This document shows positions 20,204 to 29,416 of a stretch of 64,000 nucleotides of DNA, in pieces (position 1 is the first letter of the stretch; every line of letters begins with the position of its first letter). Both the position numbers and the translations under genes were made by a program. The stretch covers positions 954 to 64,953 of the forward strand of contig JAVHLJ010000010.1 of the NCBI GenBank assembly GCA_031082205.1. The letters are read 5' to 3'. The notes below the pieces were generated by a model, which did not search any database, was not told the origin of the DNA, and was given only the letters and a program-made list of their open reading frames with translations. Source of the DNA: Elusimicrobiales bacterium. Its GTDB lineage: Bacteria > Elusimicrobiota > Elusimicrobia > Elusimicrobiales > UBA9959.

Positions 20204-20443
20204 TCAGGGATAAAGGGGGCCCAGGCGGTCGAAACCCATGTAGAGCAGGAGGGCGCCAAGCAGCGCCAGCAGCAGTCCCACGCTCCTGCGGTTGAGGGCG
20301 ACCCAGGAATCGTTGAGTACCGTCTCGCGCAGGACCTTGTTGAGCTTGAGCATCAGGTCCGGCTTATAGAGATATCCCATGCCGGCCGCCAGGAAGAGGA
20401 AGCCGAGGATTATTTTCAGCAGCGGTGGCACGTTAAATTGCAT
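20204..20443 (-). CDS. Small two-TM hypothetical protein
   Basis: Two hydrophobic segments; overlaps the pth stop. Confidence 0.6.
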   Translation of the reverse strand: MQFNVPPLLKIILGFLFLAAGMGYLYKPDLMLKLNKVLRETVLNDSWVALNRRSVGLLLALLGALLLYMGFDRLGPLYP

Positions 20444-21014
20444 TGTTGAAAGCGTTCATGGCCTTCTCCACCCCGTCCGAGAAAGTCCCGGCCAGGGCGT
20501 CGCAGGCGGCGGCCAGGAAGGCCGGCAGACGCTCCTCCTCTTCCTTCGAGAATCTTGAAAGCACGAAATTGGTCCCGGGAATATGCGCCGGCCGAGGACC
20601 TATCCCCAGCCGCAGGCGCGGCAGCGAGGGCCCCACGGCTTCTATAACGGAGTTCATGCCGTTATGCGAACCGCCGGACCCGTCCTTTCGCAGACGCAGC
20701 TTGCCGAAGGGCAGGGCCAGGTCGTCGTAGACGGCCAGTATGGCCCGGGGAGGGACCTTGTAGAATCCGCCAAGGCTCTGTACCGCGCGGCCGGAGAGGT
20801 TCATGTAGGTCTGCGGCTTGAGGAGGAAGCAGCGCCGGCCGCCGCTCTGGAACTCCACGTAAAGGCCGACGCCTTTCCAGTCGCGCCAGCGCTCGCCGGG
20901 CGCGAGGCGCCCGGCGGCCAGGTCGGCCACCATGAAGCCGATATTGTGCCGGGTCTTTTCGTATTCCGGTCCGGGGTTCCCCAGCAGGACCGCGAGCTGA
21001 ACCTGGTCTTCCAA
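20433..21014 (-). CDS. pth: Peptidyl-tRNA hydrolase
   Basis: LGNPGPEYEKTRHNIGF, KPQTYMNLSG and SHNGMNS. Confidence 0.97.
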   Translation of the reverse strand: MEDQVQLAVLLGNPGPEYEKTRHNIGFMVADLAAGRLAPGERWRDWKGVGLYVEFQSGGRRCFLLKPQTYMNLSGRAVQSLGGFYKVPPRAILAVYDDLALPFGKLRLRKDGSGGSHNGMNSVIEAVGPSLPRLRLGIGPRPAHIPGTNFVLSRFSKEEEERLPAFLAAACDALAGTFSDGVEKAMNAFNNAI

Positions 21015-21028
21015 TCCCCCTCCTGCTC

Positions 21029-21074
21029 AAAAAGAGGGGAGCGGGAACCGAAACTGATGTCGGCTCCCGCTCCC
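21029..21074 (-). terminator. Intrinsic terminator / attenuating hairpin after rplY
   Basis: Minus strand GGGAGCGGGAGCCGA...TCGGTTCCCGCTCCC followed by CTCTTTTT. Confidence 0.7.
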
Positions 21075-21093
21075 GTTCCGAGAAGGGCCGCCC

Positions 21094-21798
21094 TTACTTC
21101 TTGGGCTCGGCCTTCTTCTCTTCCGGTTTGGCTCCGGCGGCGGGCTTGGCTCCGGCGGCGGGGGCCGCGCCTTCCTCTTCCTTCTTGCCCTTGGCTATGA
21201 CCTCGGGCTCGGCGGCGCCTGCGGCGGCCGCGGGAGTCTCCACGACCTCTTCCTTGGCCGCGATCACGCTGACCACCACGAGGTTCGGATCGTCCGTGAG
21301 TTCCACCTTGGACTTTACGTCCCGGACGCGTATAGAATCGCCGATCTTGAGCGCCGTAACGTCGACCTCGATCTCCTTGGGGATCTCGGTCGGCAGGCAG
21401 AGGATGTTGAATTCGCGCATGGCGTGCTCCATGATGCCGCCCTGGATCTTCACGCCCTGGGGCTCGCCGACAAGTTTGACGTGGACCTTGAACTTCATCT
21501 TGTCGGTCAGCTTGATGCGCTGGAAGTCCAGGTGTATGACCCTGTCGGTCACGACGTGGCGCTGCACGACCTTGATGATGACGTTCTCCTCTTCGGAGCC
21601 GTACTTGAGCTTTATGAGGGCGTTATCGCCGAACTTGAGCACGCCGGCGATATCCTTCTCCCCCACCATGACGGAGACGGGGCTCTTCTCGCCGCCGTAA
21701 ACCACGGCCGGGACCATGCCCTTTCCGAGCACGGAGCTTATGGCGCCCTTGCCTCCCGTCTTCTCGCGGGGCTGGGCTGAAACGTTAACCTGTTGCAT
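21094..21798 (-). CDS. rplY: 50S ribosomal protein L25/Ctc
   Basis: VPAVVYG, HLDFQRI, IGDSIRV and EPEVIAKGKKEEE; prs-rplY-pth synteny. Confidence 0.95.
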   Translation of the reverse strand: MQQVNVSAQPREKTGGKGAISSVLGKGMVPAVVYGGEKSPVSVMVGEKDIAGVLKFGDNALIKLKYGSEEENVIIKVVQRHVVTDRVIHLDFQRIKLTDKMKFKVHVKLVGEPQGVKIQGGIMEHAMREFNILCLPTEIPKEIEVDVTALKIGDSIRVRDVKSKVELTDDPNLVVVSVIAAKEEVVETPAAAAGAAEPEVIAKGKKEEEGAAPAAGAKPAAGAKPEEKKAEPKK

Positions 21799-21834
21799 CA
21801 CTTCCTCCTGAACCGCTGAAAAAAAGCCGGCCTC

Positions 21835-22782
21835 TCAATAGAAAAGCTCGCTTATGGAATGGCCGCCGTGGTTGCGTTTAATGGCTTCGGCCAGAAGCGG
21901 GGCCACGGTGACAGTCTTGATTTTAGCACTTTTTGAGGCCACCGGTATAGTGTCGGTCAGCACCAGCTCGCTTATGGGCGAAGCGTCTATCTTCTCCACC
22001 GCGTCGCGGGACAGGACCCCGTGGGTGCAGAAAGTGGTGATACTGGCGGCCCCGCGCTCGGTTATGGCGGCGGCCACGGCGGTCAGCGTGCCGGCGGTAT
22101 CGACCATATCGTCGAATATGAGGCAGTGCTTGCCCTCGACCGAGCCGATGATATTGTAGACCGAGGCGACGTTGGGGCGCGGGCGGCGCTTGTCTATGAT
22201 GACCAGGCCCGCGTCCAGCCGCTTGGCGAAGGACCTGGCGCGCTCCACGCTGCCCATGTCCGGCGAGACCACGATGAAGTTGGACATCTTCCGCTCGCGC
22301 ACATAGTCCAGCACGACGGGGCGGGCGTAGAGGTGGTCCATGGGTATGTCGAAAAAGCCCTGTATCTGGGCCGCGTGAAGGTCTATGGTGACCACGCGGT
22401 TGGCGCCGGCCGAGGTTATCAGGTTGGCGACCAGCTTGGCCGTGATGGCCACGCGCGGGGCCGGCTTGCGGTCGGCCCGGCCGTAGCCGTAATAGGGAAT
22501 GACCGCGGTTATCCTGCCGGCCGAGGCCCGGCGCAGCGCGTCGAGCATGACCAGCAGCTCCATCAGGTTCTCGTTCACCGGCGGGCAGGTGGGCTGGATG
22601 ACGTAGCAGTCGCAGCCGCGGACGTTCTCCATGATCTGCACGTCTATTTCGCCGTCGGCGAAACGGCCGGTCTTGGCCTGGCCGAGCGGGACGCTGAGCG
22701 CGTCGCAGATCTTCTGCGCCAGCGCGGGGTTCGCGCTGCCGGTGAATATGCGGAGCGGGCCGGTCTTCCAGGAGTCAACCAT
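21835..22782 (-). CDS. prs: Ribose-phosphate pyrophosphokinase
   Basis: FADGEI, DLHAAQIQGFF and DDMVDTAGT. Confidence 0.97.
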   Translation of the reverse strand: MVDSWKTGPLRIFTGSANPALAQKICDALSVPLGQAKTGRFADGEIDVQIMENVRGCDCYVIQPTCPPVNENLMELLVMLDALRRASAGRITAVIPYYGYGRADRKPAPRVAITAKLVANLITSAGANRVVTIDLHAAQIQGFFDIPMDHLYARPVVLDYVRERKMSNFIVVSPDMGSVERARSFAKRLDAGLVIIDKRRPRPNVASVYNIIGSVEGKHCLIFDDMVDTAGTLTAVAAAITERGAASITTFCTHGVLSRDAVEKIDASPISELVLTDTIPVASKSAKIKTVTVAPLLAEAIKRNHGGHSISELFY

Positions 22783-22783
22783 T

Positions 22784-24175
22784 TTATATCCCCTTTCTTT
22801 TTTTGAGCACCTGCCGCGAGCGGGCCAGGGCCAGCGCCCCCGCGGGAACGTTCTCGGTTATGGTGGAGCCCGCCGCTATCAGCGCGCCCTTGCCGATCTT
22901 CACCGGGGCAACGAGATTGGCGTTGGAGCCGATGAAGGCGCCGTCGCCTATCACGGTCCTGTGCTTGTTCTTCCCGTCGTAGTTGCAGGTGATGGTGCCG
23001 GCGCCGACATTGACCTTCTGGCCCATCGTCGTGTCGCCGACATAGCTGAGGTGCGGGACTTTGGAGCCGCGGCCCACGCGCGACTTCTTCACCTCGGAGA
23101 AATTGCCGACCTTGGCGGCGGGGCCGATGTCAGCGCCGGGGCGCAGGTGGGCGAAAGGTCCGACGACCGAGCCCTCGCGCAGCCGGCTGCCGTTGAGATA
23201 GCAGGAGAACTTGACTTCGCAGCCGTCTTCGATGCGGCAGTCCTCTATGACGGCGGAGGGACCGATGCGGCAGCCCGAGCCTATGACCGTGCCGCCCTTT
23301 ATGTGGACGCCGGGGTAGACGACGGTGTCCGGCCCTATCTTCACGCCTTCCTCTATGTAGGTGGCGGCGGGATCCTTGACGGTCACGCCCTTGTCCATCA
23401 GTTCCTCGATAACGCGCTTGTTAAGCATCTTATAGGCTCCGGCCAGGTCTTTTCTCGAATTTATCCCCGCTATCTCGCTCTCGTCGGCGGCCTTTACGGC
23501 CAGGACCCGCCCTCCGGAGTCCAGTATGGCCTCCAGCGTGTCGGTCAGGTAGTACTCGCGCTTGGGGCCCTTGGGTTTAAGCGTTTTCAGCGCCTTCAGG
23601 AGCGCCGGCGTATGGAAGAAATAGGTGCCGGAATTGACCTCTTTCACGGCCAGTTCCGCAGGGGAGGCGTCCGAGGCCTCGACAATGGCCCTCACCGCGC
23701 CGCCGTGGCCGCGTATTATCCGGCCGTAGCTGCCCGGGTTCGCCAGATCGGCCGTCATCACCACGCAGCCGGGCCGTTTCCGGAAATAGAAAGAGGCGAG
23801 TTTTTTGATGGTGGCCGGACGGAAGAGCGGCGCGTCGCCGCATATTATCAGCGTATGGGCGAAACCTTTTATCGCCGGCACGGCCTCCTGAACGGCGCGG
23901 CCGCTGCCGGTCAGCGACTTCTGCTTTACGAAGACGACTTCGGCGCCGACCGGGTTCTTATCCAGCCAGGCGCCCAGCCGCTCCCGGACCATCTCCCCCT
24001 TGTGCCCGACAACGATCACGATGCGCGCCGGGCCGAGTGCGGCGGTTTTCTTTATGACGCGGGCGGCCAGCGGCAGGTCGCCCAGCTCATGGAGAACCTT
24101 GGGCAGCGCGGACTTCATCCTCGTCCCCATGCCGGCGGCGAGTATGAGAGCGCAGAGGTCTTTTTTTTCAGGCAT
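22784..24175 (-). CDS. glmU: Bifunctional UDP-GlcNAc pyrophosphorylase / GlcN-1-P acetyltransferase
   Basis: LAAGMGTRMKSALPKVLH, hexapeptide repeats and GAGTITCNYDG. Confidence 0.97.
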   Translation of the reverse strand: MPEKKDLCALILAAGMGTRMKSALPKVLHELGDLPLAARVIKKTAALGPARIVIVVGHKGEMVRERLGAWLDKNPVGAEVVFVKQKSLTGSGRAVQEAVPAIKGFAHTLIICGDAPLFRPATIKKLASFYFRKRPGCVVMTADLANPGSYGRIIRGHGGAVRAIVEASDASPAELAVKEVNSGTYFFHTPALLKALKTLKPKGPKREYYLTDTLEAILDSGGRVLAVKAADESEIAGINSRKDLAGAYKMLNKRVIEELMDKGVTVKDPAATYIEEGVKIGPDTVVYPGVHIKGGTVIGSGCRIGPSAVIEDCRIEDGCEVKFSCYLNGSRLREGSVVGPFAHLRPGADIGPAAKVGNFSEVKKSRVGRGSKVPHLSYVGDTTMGQKVNVGAGTITCNYDGKNKHRTVIGDGAFIGSNANLVAPVKIGKGALIAAGSTITENVPAGALALARSRQVLKKRKGI

Positions 24176-24203
24176 CCGTTGGAAAGGAAGCTAGGTTATC
24201 TGC

Positions 24204-24488
24204 CTATAGTTTACCAAATCGGGCGGACGGGCGGGAAATGAGGGCCTCTTTTCCGGTCCGTGTCAGCTTTTTTATCGCCGCTTCCAGCTTAGAGGCGGCC
24301 GAGCGGTCCTTCTTCCGGCGCCGCCAGGCCAGCGCTACAGGGCCGAAGGCGGCGGTGTATTTCGCGCCCCTGCCGGCGTTATGGTCGGCGATCCGGCCCG
24401 CCAGGTCGTTGGTTATACCGGTATAGAGAGAGCCATTCGCGCAGCGCACGATATAGACCGTCCAGGATTTTTTATTCGAGCTTCCCAT
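24204..24488 (-). CDS. Small GIY-YIG nuclease family protein (YhbQ/UPF0213-like)
   Basis: VYIVRCANGSLYTGITNDL...HNAGRGAKYT...EAAIKKL. Confidence 0.9.
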   Translation of the reverse strand: MGSSNKKSWTVYIVRCANGSLYTGITNDLAGRIADHNAGRGAKYTAAFGPVALAWRRRKKDRSAASKLEAAIKKLTRTGKEALISRPSARFGKL

Positions 24489-24654
24489 AAGGAGACGACC
24501 GGGGGAGACGCCGTGAGGGTTCGCGGGGGCGCCCCGGAGCCGCGAGCATCGTAAGCGCGAGCGGCGAGGGCCGAGGACCGACGCGCTATGCGCGCGAGTC
24601 CGTACCCCGCGACGCCCTCACGGCGGCTACCCCGTTATAGGTCTCCTGTTTTAT
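24487..24654. repeat. Dispersed palindromic repeat (MITE/REP-like), copy 1
   Basis: 24487-24594 aligns without gaps to the reverse complement of 43813-43920 (97/108 by manual count); ends AGGAGAC...GTCTCCT are inverted. Confidence 0.85.
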
Positions 24655-24725
24655 CTCCCGGGCATGGATTCGAACCATGTCTAACCGAGTCAAAGTCGGT
24701 TGTGCTACCGTTACACCACCCGGGA
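24655..24725 (-). tRNA. tRNA-Gln (TTG)
   Basis: Cloverleaf TCCCGGG...ACCGA-CTTTGAC-TCGGT...GGTTCGAATCC...CCCGGGAG; CCA not encoded. Confidence 0.96.
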
Positions 24726-24801
24726 ATAAATCGGGCCGCAAAACCCGGCCTCTCGGCCGGGCCTTGCGGCCGGGCTGTCTCCGCGCGGGGCGCGGAGCGG
24801 C

Positions 24802-25107
24802 TCAGTCCTCTTCCGCTCCGGTCGGCGCCGGTATGCCGCCTGACGCCTCGGCCCTGGCCAGTTCCTTGTTGTACTCGCCCAGTATTATCTCTTCCAGCCG
24901 GCCGCGGAACTCGTTGCTGATCGGGTGGGCGATGTCCTTGTAAGTGCCGTCCTTTATCTTGCGGGACGGCATGCAGACTATCAGCCCCTTGTTCCCGTTC
25001 ACTACCTTCATGTTGTGCACCACGAAGGCGTTGTCGAAAGTTACCGTCGCGAAGGCCTTCAGCCTGGCCTCGTTGCGCAGATGTATGCGTACCTCGGTGA
25101 TTTCCAT
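24802..25107 (-). CDS. spoVG: SpoVG family nucleic-acid-binding protein
   Basis: MEITEVRI, LKAFATVTFD and MPSRK...YKDIAHPI. Confidence 0.95.
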   Translation of the reverse strand: MEITEVRIHLRNEARLKAFATVTFDNAFVVHNMKVVNGNKGLIVCMPSRKIKDGTYKDIAHPISNEFRGRLEEIILGEYNKELARAEASGGIPAPTGAEED

Positions 25108-25207
25108 CCCTTCCCCCAGTTGTAAGAGCCCCCGCTACAGAGTCAGTAGGCGCGCAGTCCCCGTAGACGCCAGCGACTTACTTCGTTGGATCCGACGGCC
25201 CCTGCCG

Positions 25208-26098
25208 TCAGGCAAATTCTGCCAAAAAAACCATGCCTTTGCAAGGTTTGATGGCGCGCGCCAGCCTGGCGGCTTCCGCCCGGCTCCCGGCCACGGCGAA
25301 GACCGTTGAGCCGGAGCCTGACATCATGACCCCGGCCGACCCGGCCTCGGCGAGGCGCCGGCGGGCCCGTGCTATGGACGGATGGGCCGGCAGAACGGGG
25401 TCCTCCAGCCGGTTCTTCATGAGCGGCGCCCAGGCCGCCGGACCGGCGCCCGCGGACATGGCCTTTAACAGCCGGCGATATTCCCGGCGCGAGGCGGAGA
25501 CCTCCGCCGGACCCGGCCGCCTGAGCGCGGCGTAGACGCCGGGCGTGGGCACGGGAAAACCGGGGAAATACACTACGAGGAAAGTCCGGCCCGGCCGCAG
25601 GCGCAGCGGCTTGAGCTTCTCGCCGCGGCCCCGGCCCTCGCAGAAAACGGAGCCGGCCAGGAAGAACGGCACGTCGGAGCCCAGCCCCGCCGCCAGGCGC
25701 ATCAGCTTGCGCCGGTCGGCCGGAGAGCGGCGCCGGTGCAGCCGGGAGAGTCCTTCGAGTACGGCCGCGGCGTTGGACGAGCCCCCGCCCAGGCCCGCGC
25801 CGGACGGTATACGCTTGACCAGCCGCATATCCAGCGCCGGTTCCAGGCCGAAACGCCGGTAAAAAGCGTCGGCGGCCCTCCAGGCCAGGTTCTTCTCCGG
25901 CGGTATGGGGGCGAAATTAGACTTGTTATCGACGGTCAGCCTGATACCGGGCTTCCCGGAAGGGCGCAGCGTCAGCGAATCGGCCAGGCTTATCCTGCCG
26001 AAGAGCGTGAGCAGATCGTGATAGCCGTCGGGCCTTTTCCCGGTGACTTCCAGGAAGAGGTTCACCTTGGCCCGCGACTTTAAGACGAGGGTCTTCAT
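25208..26098 (-). CDS. ispE: 4-diphosphocytidyl-2-C-methyl-D-erythritol kinase
   Basis: AKVNLFL, GKRPDGYH, IPSGAGLGGGSSNAA and MSGSGS. Confidence 0.96.
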   Translation of the reverse strand: MKTLVLKSRAKVNLFLEVTGKRPDGYHDLLTLFGRISLADSLTLRPSGKPGIRLTVDNKSNFAPIPPEKNLAWRAADAFYRRFGLEPALDMRLVKRIPSGAGLGGGSSNAAAVLEGLSRLHRRRSPADRRKLMRLAAGLGSDVPFFLAGSVFCEGRGRGEKLKPLRLRPGRTFLVVYFPGFPVPTPGVYAALRRPGPAEVSASRREYRRLLKAMSAGAGPAAWAPLMKNRLEDPVLPAHPSIARARRRLAEAGSAGVMMSGSGSTVFAVAGSRAEAARLARAIKPCKGMVFLAEFA

Positions 26099-28260
26099 TC
26101 GTCGGCAGGCGCGGGAACGAAGAGCGGGTTCTCCGCGGGGATATTGACCTGCCTCCGGTCGATGACCAGCTTCAGCCTGGCCGACGGGACTTTCATCTCT
26201 ATCTCGCCGGGCACCCAGTAGCCCTTCCGGGGGAAATAAGCGCCGAAGGTGAGCGTCACGCCGCCGCCGGTGTCGAGCGATCCGAGCCTTGCGCCGGTCT
26301 CGTCCAGCGCGGCCTTTTTCTTCCCGGACTTCAGCGAGGCGGAACGCCTGCCGCCCTCGAAGACCAGTCCCGGCTCGTTGAAAAAAGAGCCGGAATAGAA
26401 GTATTTCATCTCGGCCGCCAGCGCCGGCGCCCAGTAGACGAAACCGTCCCGGGCCTTGCCCTCCAGGGCGGCCGGCTCGTCCATCTCCACGATGCCTCCC
26501 CGGACCCTTATCCTCCAGAGAGGGGCCATCAGCGGCCCCGTTATGGTGAAAGTGAACTCGTCGGGAGCGATGTAGCTGATGACGCCGTCGAACTTGAAGC
26601 TCTTGCCGAAGGAGGAGACTTCCAGACCGCAGAACGAGGCGTAGCCGGAACCGGCCGGCATGAAACGCGCGATGGCGCCCGCCAGGAGCGGGCCGGCCTC
26701 GGCCGGCGGCATCTTCCCCAGTTCGGCGAAGAGCCTGCCGCGCACGGCGGGCACCCGCTTGGCGTCCGCGTCCAGCTGCAGCGAGACGGTCCAGGCGTGG
26801 ACGGCTTCGCGAGCGCGCCCCAGCGCCGAGTAGGCGTCGCCGACATGCTCCCAGATCACGGGGTCCGCGTTTATCAGGCGGGAGGCCTCGAGCAGTTTCT
26901 CCAGCGCTTCGGCGTGCCGTCCTTTTTTATACAGCACCCAGCCGAGCGAATCGACATAGGCGCCGTTGCCGGGGTCCAGCTCCACCGCGCGGCGGATGAA
27001 CCCCTCCGCCTCGTCGAGTTTCAGACCCCTGTCGGCCAGCGAGTAGCCGAGGTAGTTGAGGACCACGGCGTTGTCGGGCTCGGAGGAGAGTATGATCCGG
27101 AACTGCGCCTCGGCCTCTCCGATGTTCCCCTCCCTTTCGGAAACTATGGCGTACTGCATCCTGGCCTCTCGGTAGCCGGGAGAGGACTCGACTATCCTCT
27201 TCATAAGCTCCAGCGCGCGCTTGGTCTTCCCGGTATCGTCCAGCCCCAGCGCCAGGAAATAGGCGATCTCGTCGTTCTTCGGCCACCTGGCGTGGGAGTC
27301 CTCCAGCAGTTTCACCGCCTTCTCCGGCTGACGCGCCTGACTGTAATAGTAGGCCAGCCGCATGACCAGCCCCGGATTCTCCTTGAGCCCGGCGGAACGC
27401 TCCATGTAGGCCACGGCCGAGGCGTAATCCTCGCGCTGCTCCGCGATCAGCGAAAGCCAGAAGCAGGAGTCCGGGTCCGTCTGGTCCAGCGCGTTCGCCT
27501 TCAGGAAATATTTTTCGGCGCGGGCGAGATCCCCCACGGCGGGCCCGGCCAGCAGCGCGCCGAGATGATTGAACAGTTCCCTGTTGGAAGGGTCGAGATC
27601 GGCCAGTTCCTCGTACTGCGCGACCGCGGCGGCGGTGTCGCCGTTCACCTCGTAATGATTGGCCAGGGCGAAGCGCGGCTGCAGGTAGTAGGAGTCCTCC
27701 GCCGCGGACTTGACCATGTACTCTTTCGCCAGGTCGGCGCGGCCTCGCATGCCGTGCAGCGTGGCGATCTGGAAATACGTCTCGGCCGCGGCGTCGGGCC
27801 GCAGCTCGGCGTAACGCAGAAGATACTTTATGCTGGCGTCGGGGTCGCGCCCGCTGTTGGCGCCCGCAAGCTGGTAGACCGCCTCGTCGTTCTCGGGCTC
27901 CAGTTCCACGGCCCGGGCGAAGGCCTTTATCGCGCCGTCGATGTCGTTCTTCGCCCAGCGCACGTTCCCGTAGAGTATCCAGTTGTCTGCCGAGGACGGG
28001 TCGGCGTTTATTATGTGCTCCGCCCAGGCCTCGGCCTCGGCCACGCGCCCGACATGAAGCGCCAGGTTGAGGGCCTGGCGGCGGACATAGACCGACTGCG
28101 GGTCCAGCAGCATGGCGGCCTTGTATTCGCCCAGGGCCGCGTCGTAATCGCCCTTGCGTTCGCGCGACACCCCGGCCATGAAGTGCAGGTAGGCCGATTT
28201 ATCCGCGGCGGCCGCGGCCGGCGCGGCCAGCAGCATGAAAGCGATGGTCAGGTTCCTCAT
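26095..28260 (-). CDS. Exported TPR protein with a beta-rich C-terminal domain (LolB-like?)
   Basis: Signal peptide; many TPRs including LNYLGYSLAD...YVDSLGWVLY; about 190 aa non-TPR tail. Confidence 0.85.
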   Translation of the reverse strand: MRNLTIAFMLLAAPAAAAADKSAYLHFMAGVSRERKGDYDAALGEYKAAMLLDPQSVYVRRQALNLALHVGRVAEAEAWAEHIINADPSSADNWILYGNVRWAKNDIDGAIKAFARAVELEPENDEAVYQLAGANSGRDPDASIKYLLRYAELRPDAAAETYFQIATLHGMRGRADLAKEYMVKSAAEDSYYLQPRFALANHYEVNGDTAAAVAQYEELADLDPSNRELFNHLGALLAGPAVGDLARAEKYFLKANALDQTDPDSCFWLSLIAEQREDYASAVAYMERSAGLKENPGLVMRLAYYYSQARQPEKAVKLLEDSHARWPKNDEIAYFLALGLDDTGKTKRALELMKRIVESSPGYREARMQYAIVSEREGNIGEAEAQFRIILSSEPDNAVVLNYLGYSLADRGLKLDEAEGFIRRAVELDPGNGAYVDSLGWVLYKKGRHAEALEKLLEASRLINADPVIWEHVGDAYSALGRAREAVHAWTVSLQLDADAKRVPAVRGRLFAELGKMPPAEAGPLLAGAIARFMPAGSGYASFCGLEVSSFGKSFKFDGVISYIAPDEFTFTITGPLMAPLWRIRVRGGIVEMDEPAALEGKARDGFVYWAPALAAEMKYFYSGSFFNEPGLVFEGGRRSASLKSGKKKAALDETGARLGSLDTGGGVTLTFGAYFPRKGYWVPGEIEMKVPSARLKLVIDRRQVNIPAENPLFVPAPADE

Positions 28261-28709
28261 TTATTCTCCCCGGAAGGAAGCGCCTTCCTCATCAGCAGCG
28301 CGTCCTCCGCGTTATCGTAGAACTTGGGCCGGCGGCCTTCCACCTCGAAACCCTCGGCGGCGTAGAGGGTCCTGGCCGGCGAGTTGTTCTCGCCCACCTC
28401 CAGCGTGATGGAGGTACAGGCGCTCTTGCGCGCGTACTCCGCGCATTTGTTCAGCAGCGCGCGGGCGGCCCCGCGGCGGATGAAAGCGGAAGAGACGGCA
28501 AGTGAATTTATCTGCGCCTCGGGCCGCACTATCCAGAAATTGATGAAGCCGGCGGGGGCGCCGTCCTGCTCGGCGACCAGCGTCACCGAAGAGGGTTTGG
28601 CCAGTTCCTCCCGCAGCCCTTTCTCCCCCCAGGCCGGGTAGCCCGGCCAGGCGGCCTCGATGGCGGCCAGCGCGGGGATATCCTTTTCGAAGGCGCGGCG
28701 CACCGTCAT
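28257..28709 (-). CDS. rimI: RimI-like GNAT N-acetyltransferase
   Basis: LAVSSAFIRRGAA, ITLEV, NSPARTLY and RPKFY...EDALLM; true start MTVRR. Confidence 0.88.
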   Translation of the reverse strand: MTVRRAFEKDIPALAAIEAAWPGYPAWGEKGLREELAKPSSVTLVAEQDGAPAGFINFWIVRPEAQINSLAVSSAFIRRGAARALLNKCAEYARKSACTSITLEVGENNSPARTLYAAEGFEVEGRRPKFYDNAEDALLMRKALPSGENK

Positions 28710-29416
28710 TTCCCGCGGCCCCCGGCCCTGGCTTTTTTGGCCCTGGCGTCCAGTTCGTACTTGGCTGGCTTGAGGTAAAGCGGCTCGAGCGGCCCGCCGA
28801 AAATTTCCCCGGCGGCCATGACGGCCTCCGGCCTGACCATCGACAAGCCGGGAGGCGCTTTGCGGCAGCCGGCCGGAGCGAGCGAGTATATTTCCGGCTT
28901 CTCCTCGGCGTCGGCCACGCAGAGGTCCGGCGCGGCCGAGGCCAGCAGTTCGCGGGCCCCGGCTTCGGGCAGCCAGACCGGCGCGCCGAGCGGCTTCGGG
29001 ACCTTTCCGCCGGAAGGTACCCGGTAGAACTGGACGAAATATTCTTCCTTGAAGGCGTGCAGCAGCACCGCCAGTTTCCCGCCGGCCGGCAGCAGCGGGG
29101 CGGCGGAGAGGGCCAGGACTTCGAAAACGGTGACCCCGCGGGCGCGGCAGCCCAGCAGCAGTTCCAGAGAGCCGGCCAGCGTGAGGCCTATCCTGATGCC
29201 GGTGAACCGGCCAGGCCCGCGCACGGCGCAGACGCCGGAGAGGTCCTCCAGGCGCGCGCCGGATTTCTTGAGCAGCAGGTCCAGCGACGGGAAGAGCTGT
29301 TTCTCCTGGTTCGGCTCCTTTACGCTTGAGGCGTGGAACTTCCCCGCCTCCAGCCCCAGCTTGAGGCGGCCGCCGCTGGTGCATATCGAAAGTTTCACTT
29401 CTTTTTTCTGCGCCAT
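28706..29416 (-). CDS. tsaB: tRNA threonylcarbamoyladenosine biosynthesis protein TsaB
   Basis: GPGRFTGIRIG and LEPLYL; tsaE-tsaB-rimI synteny. Confidence 0.88.
   Translation of the reverse strand: MAQKKEVKLSICTSGGRLKLGLEAGKFHASSVKEPNQEKQLFPSLDLLLKKSGARLEDLSGVCAVRGPGRFTGIRIGLTLAGSLELLLGCRARGVTVFEVLALSAAPLLPAGGKLAVLLHAFKEEYFVQFYRVPSGGKVPKPLGAPVWLPEAGARELLASAAPDLCVADAEEKPEIYSLAPAGCRKAPPGLSMVRPEAVMAAGEIFGGPLEPLYLKPAKYELDARAKKARAGGRGK

Noticed and set aside
21128-21162. Tandem 17-18 bp repeat, CRISPR-like at first sight
   Set aside because: It encodes the low-complexity PAAGAK tail of L25 and has no spacers. No CRISPR array or cas gene was seen in the window.
22631-24241. Long antisense ORFs (also 26797-28320, 32384-33946, 53506-55335, 60069-61604)
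   Set aside because: They mirror well-supported genes, as expected from high-GC codon bias, and carry no motifs.
24726-24801. Two GC hairpins between spoVG and tRNA-Gln
   Set aside because: Consistent with ordinary processing or stability hairpins; no second copy or family motif was seen.
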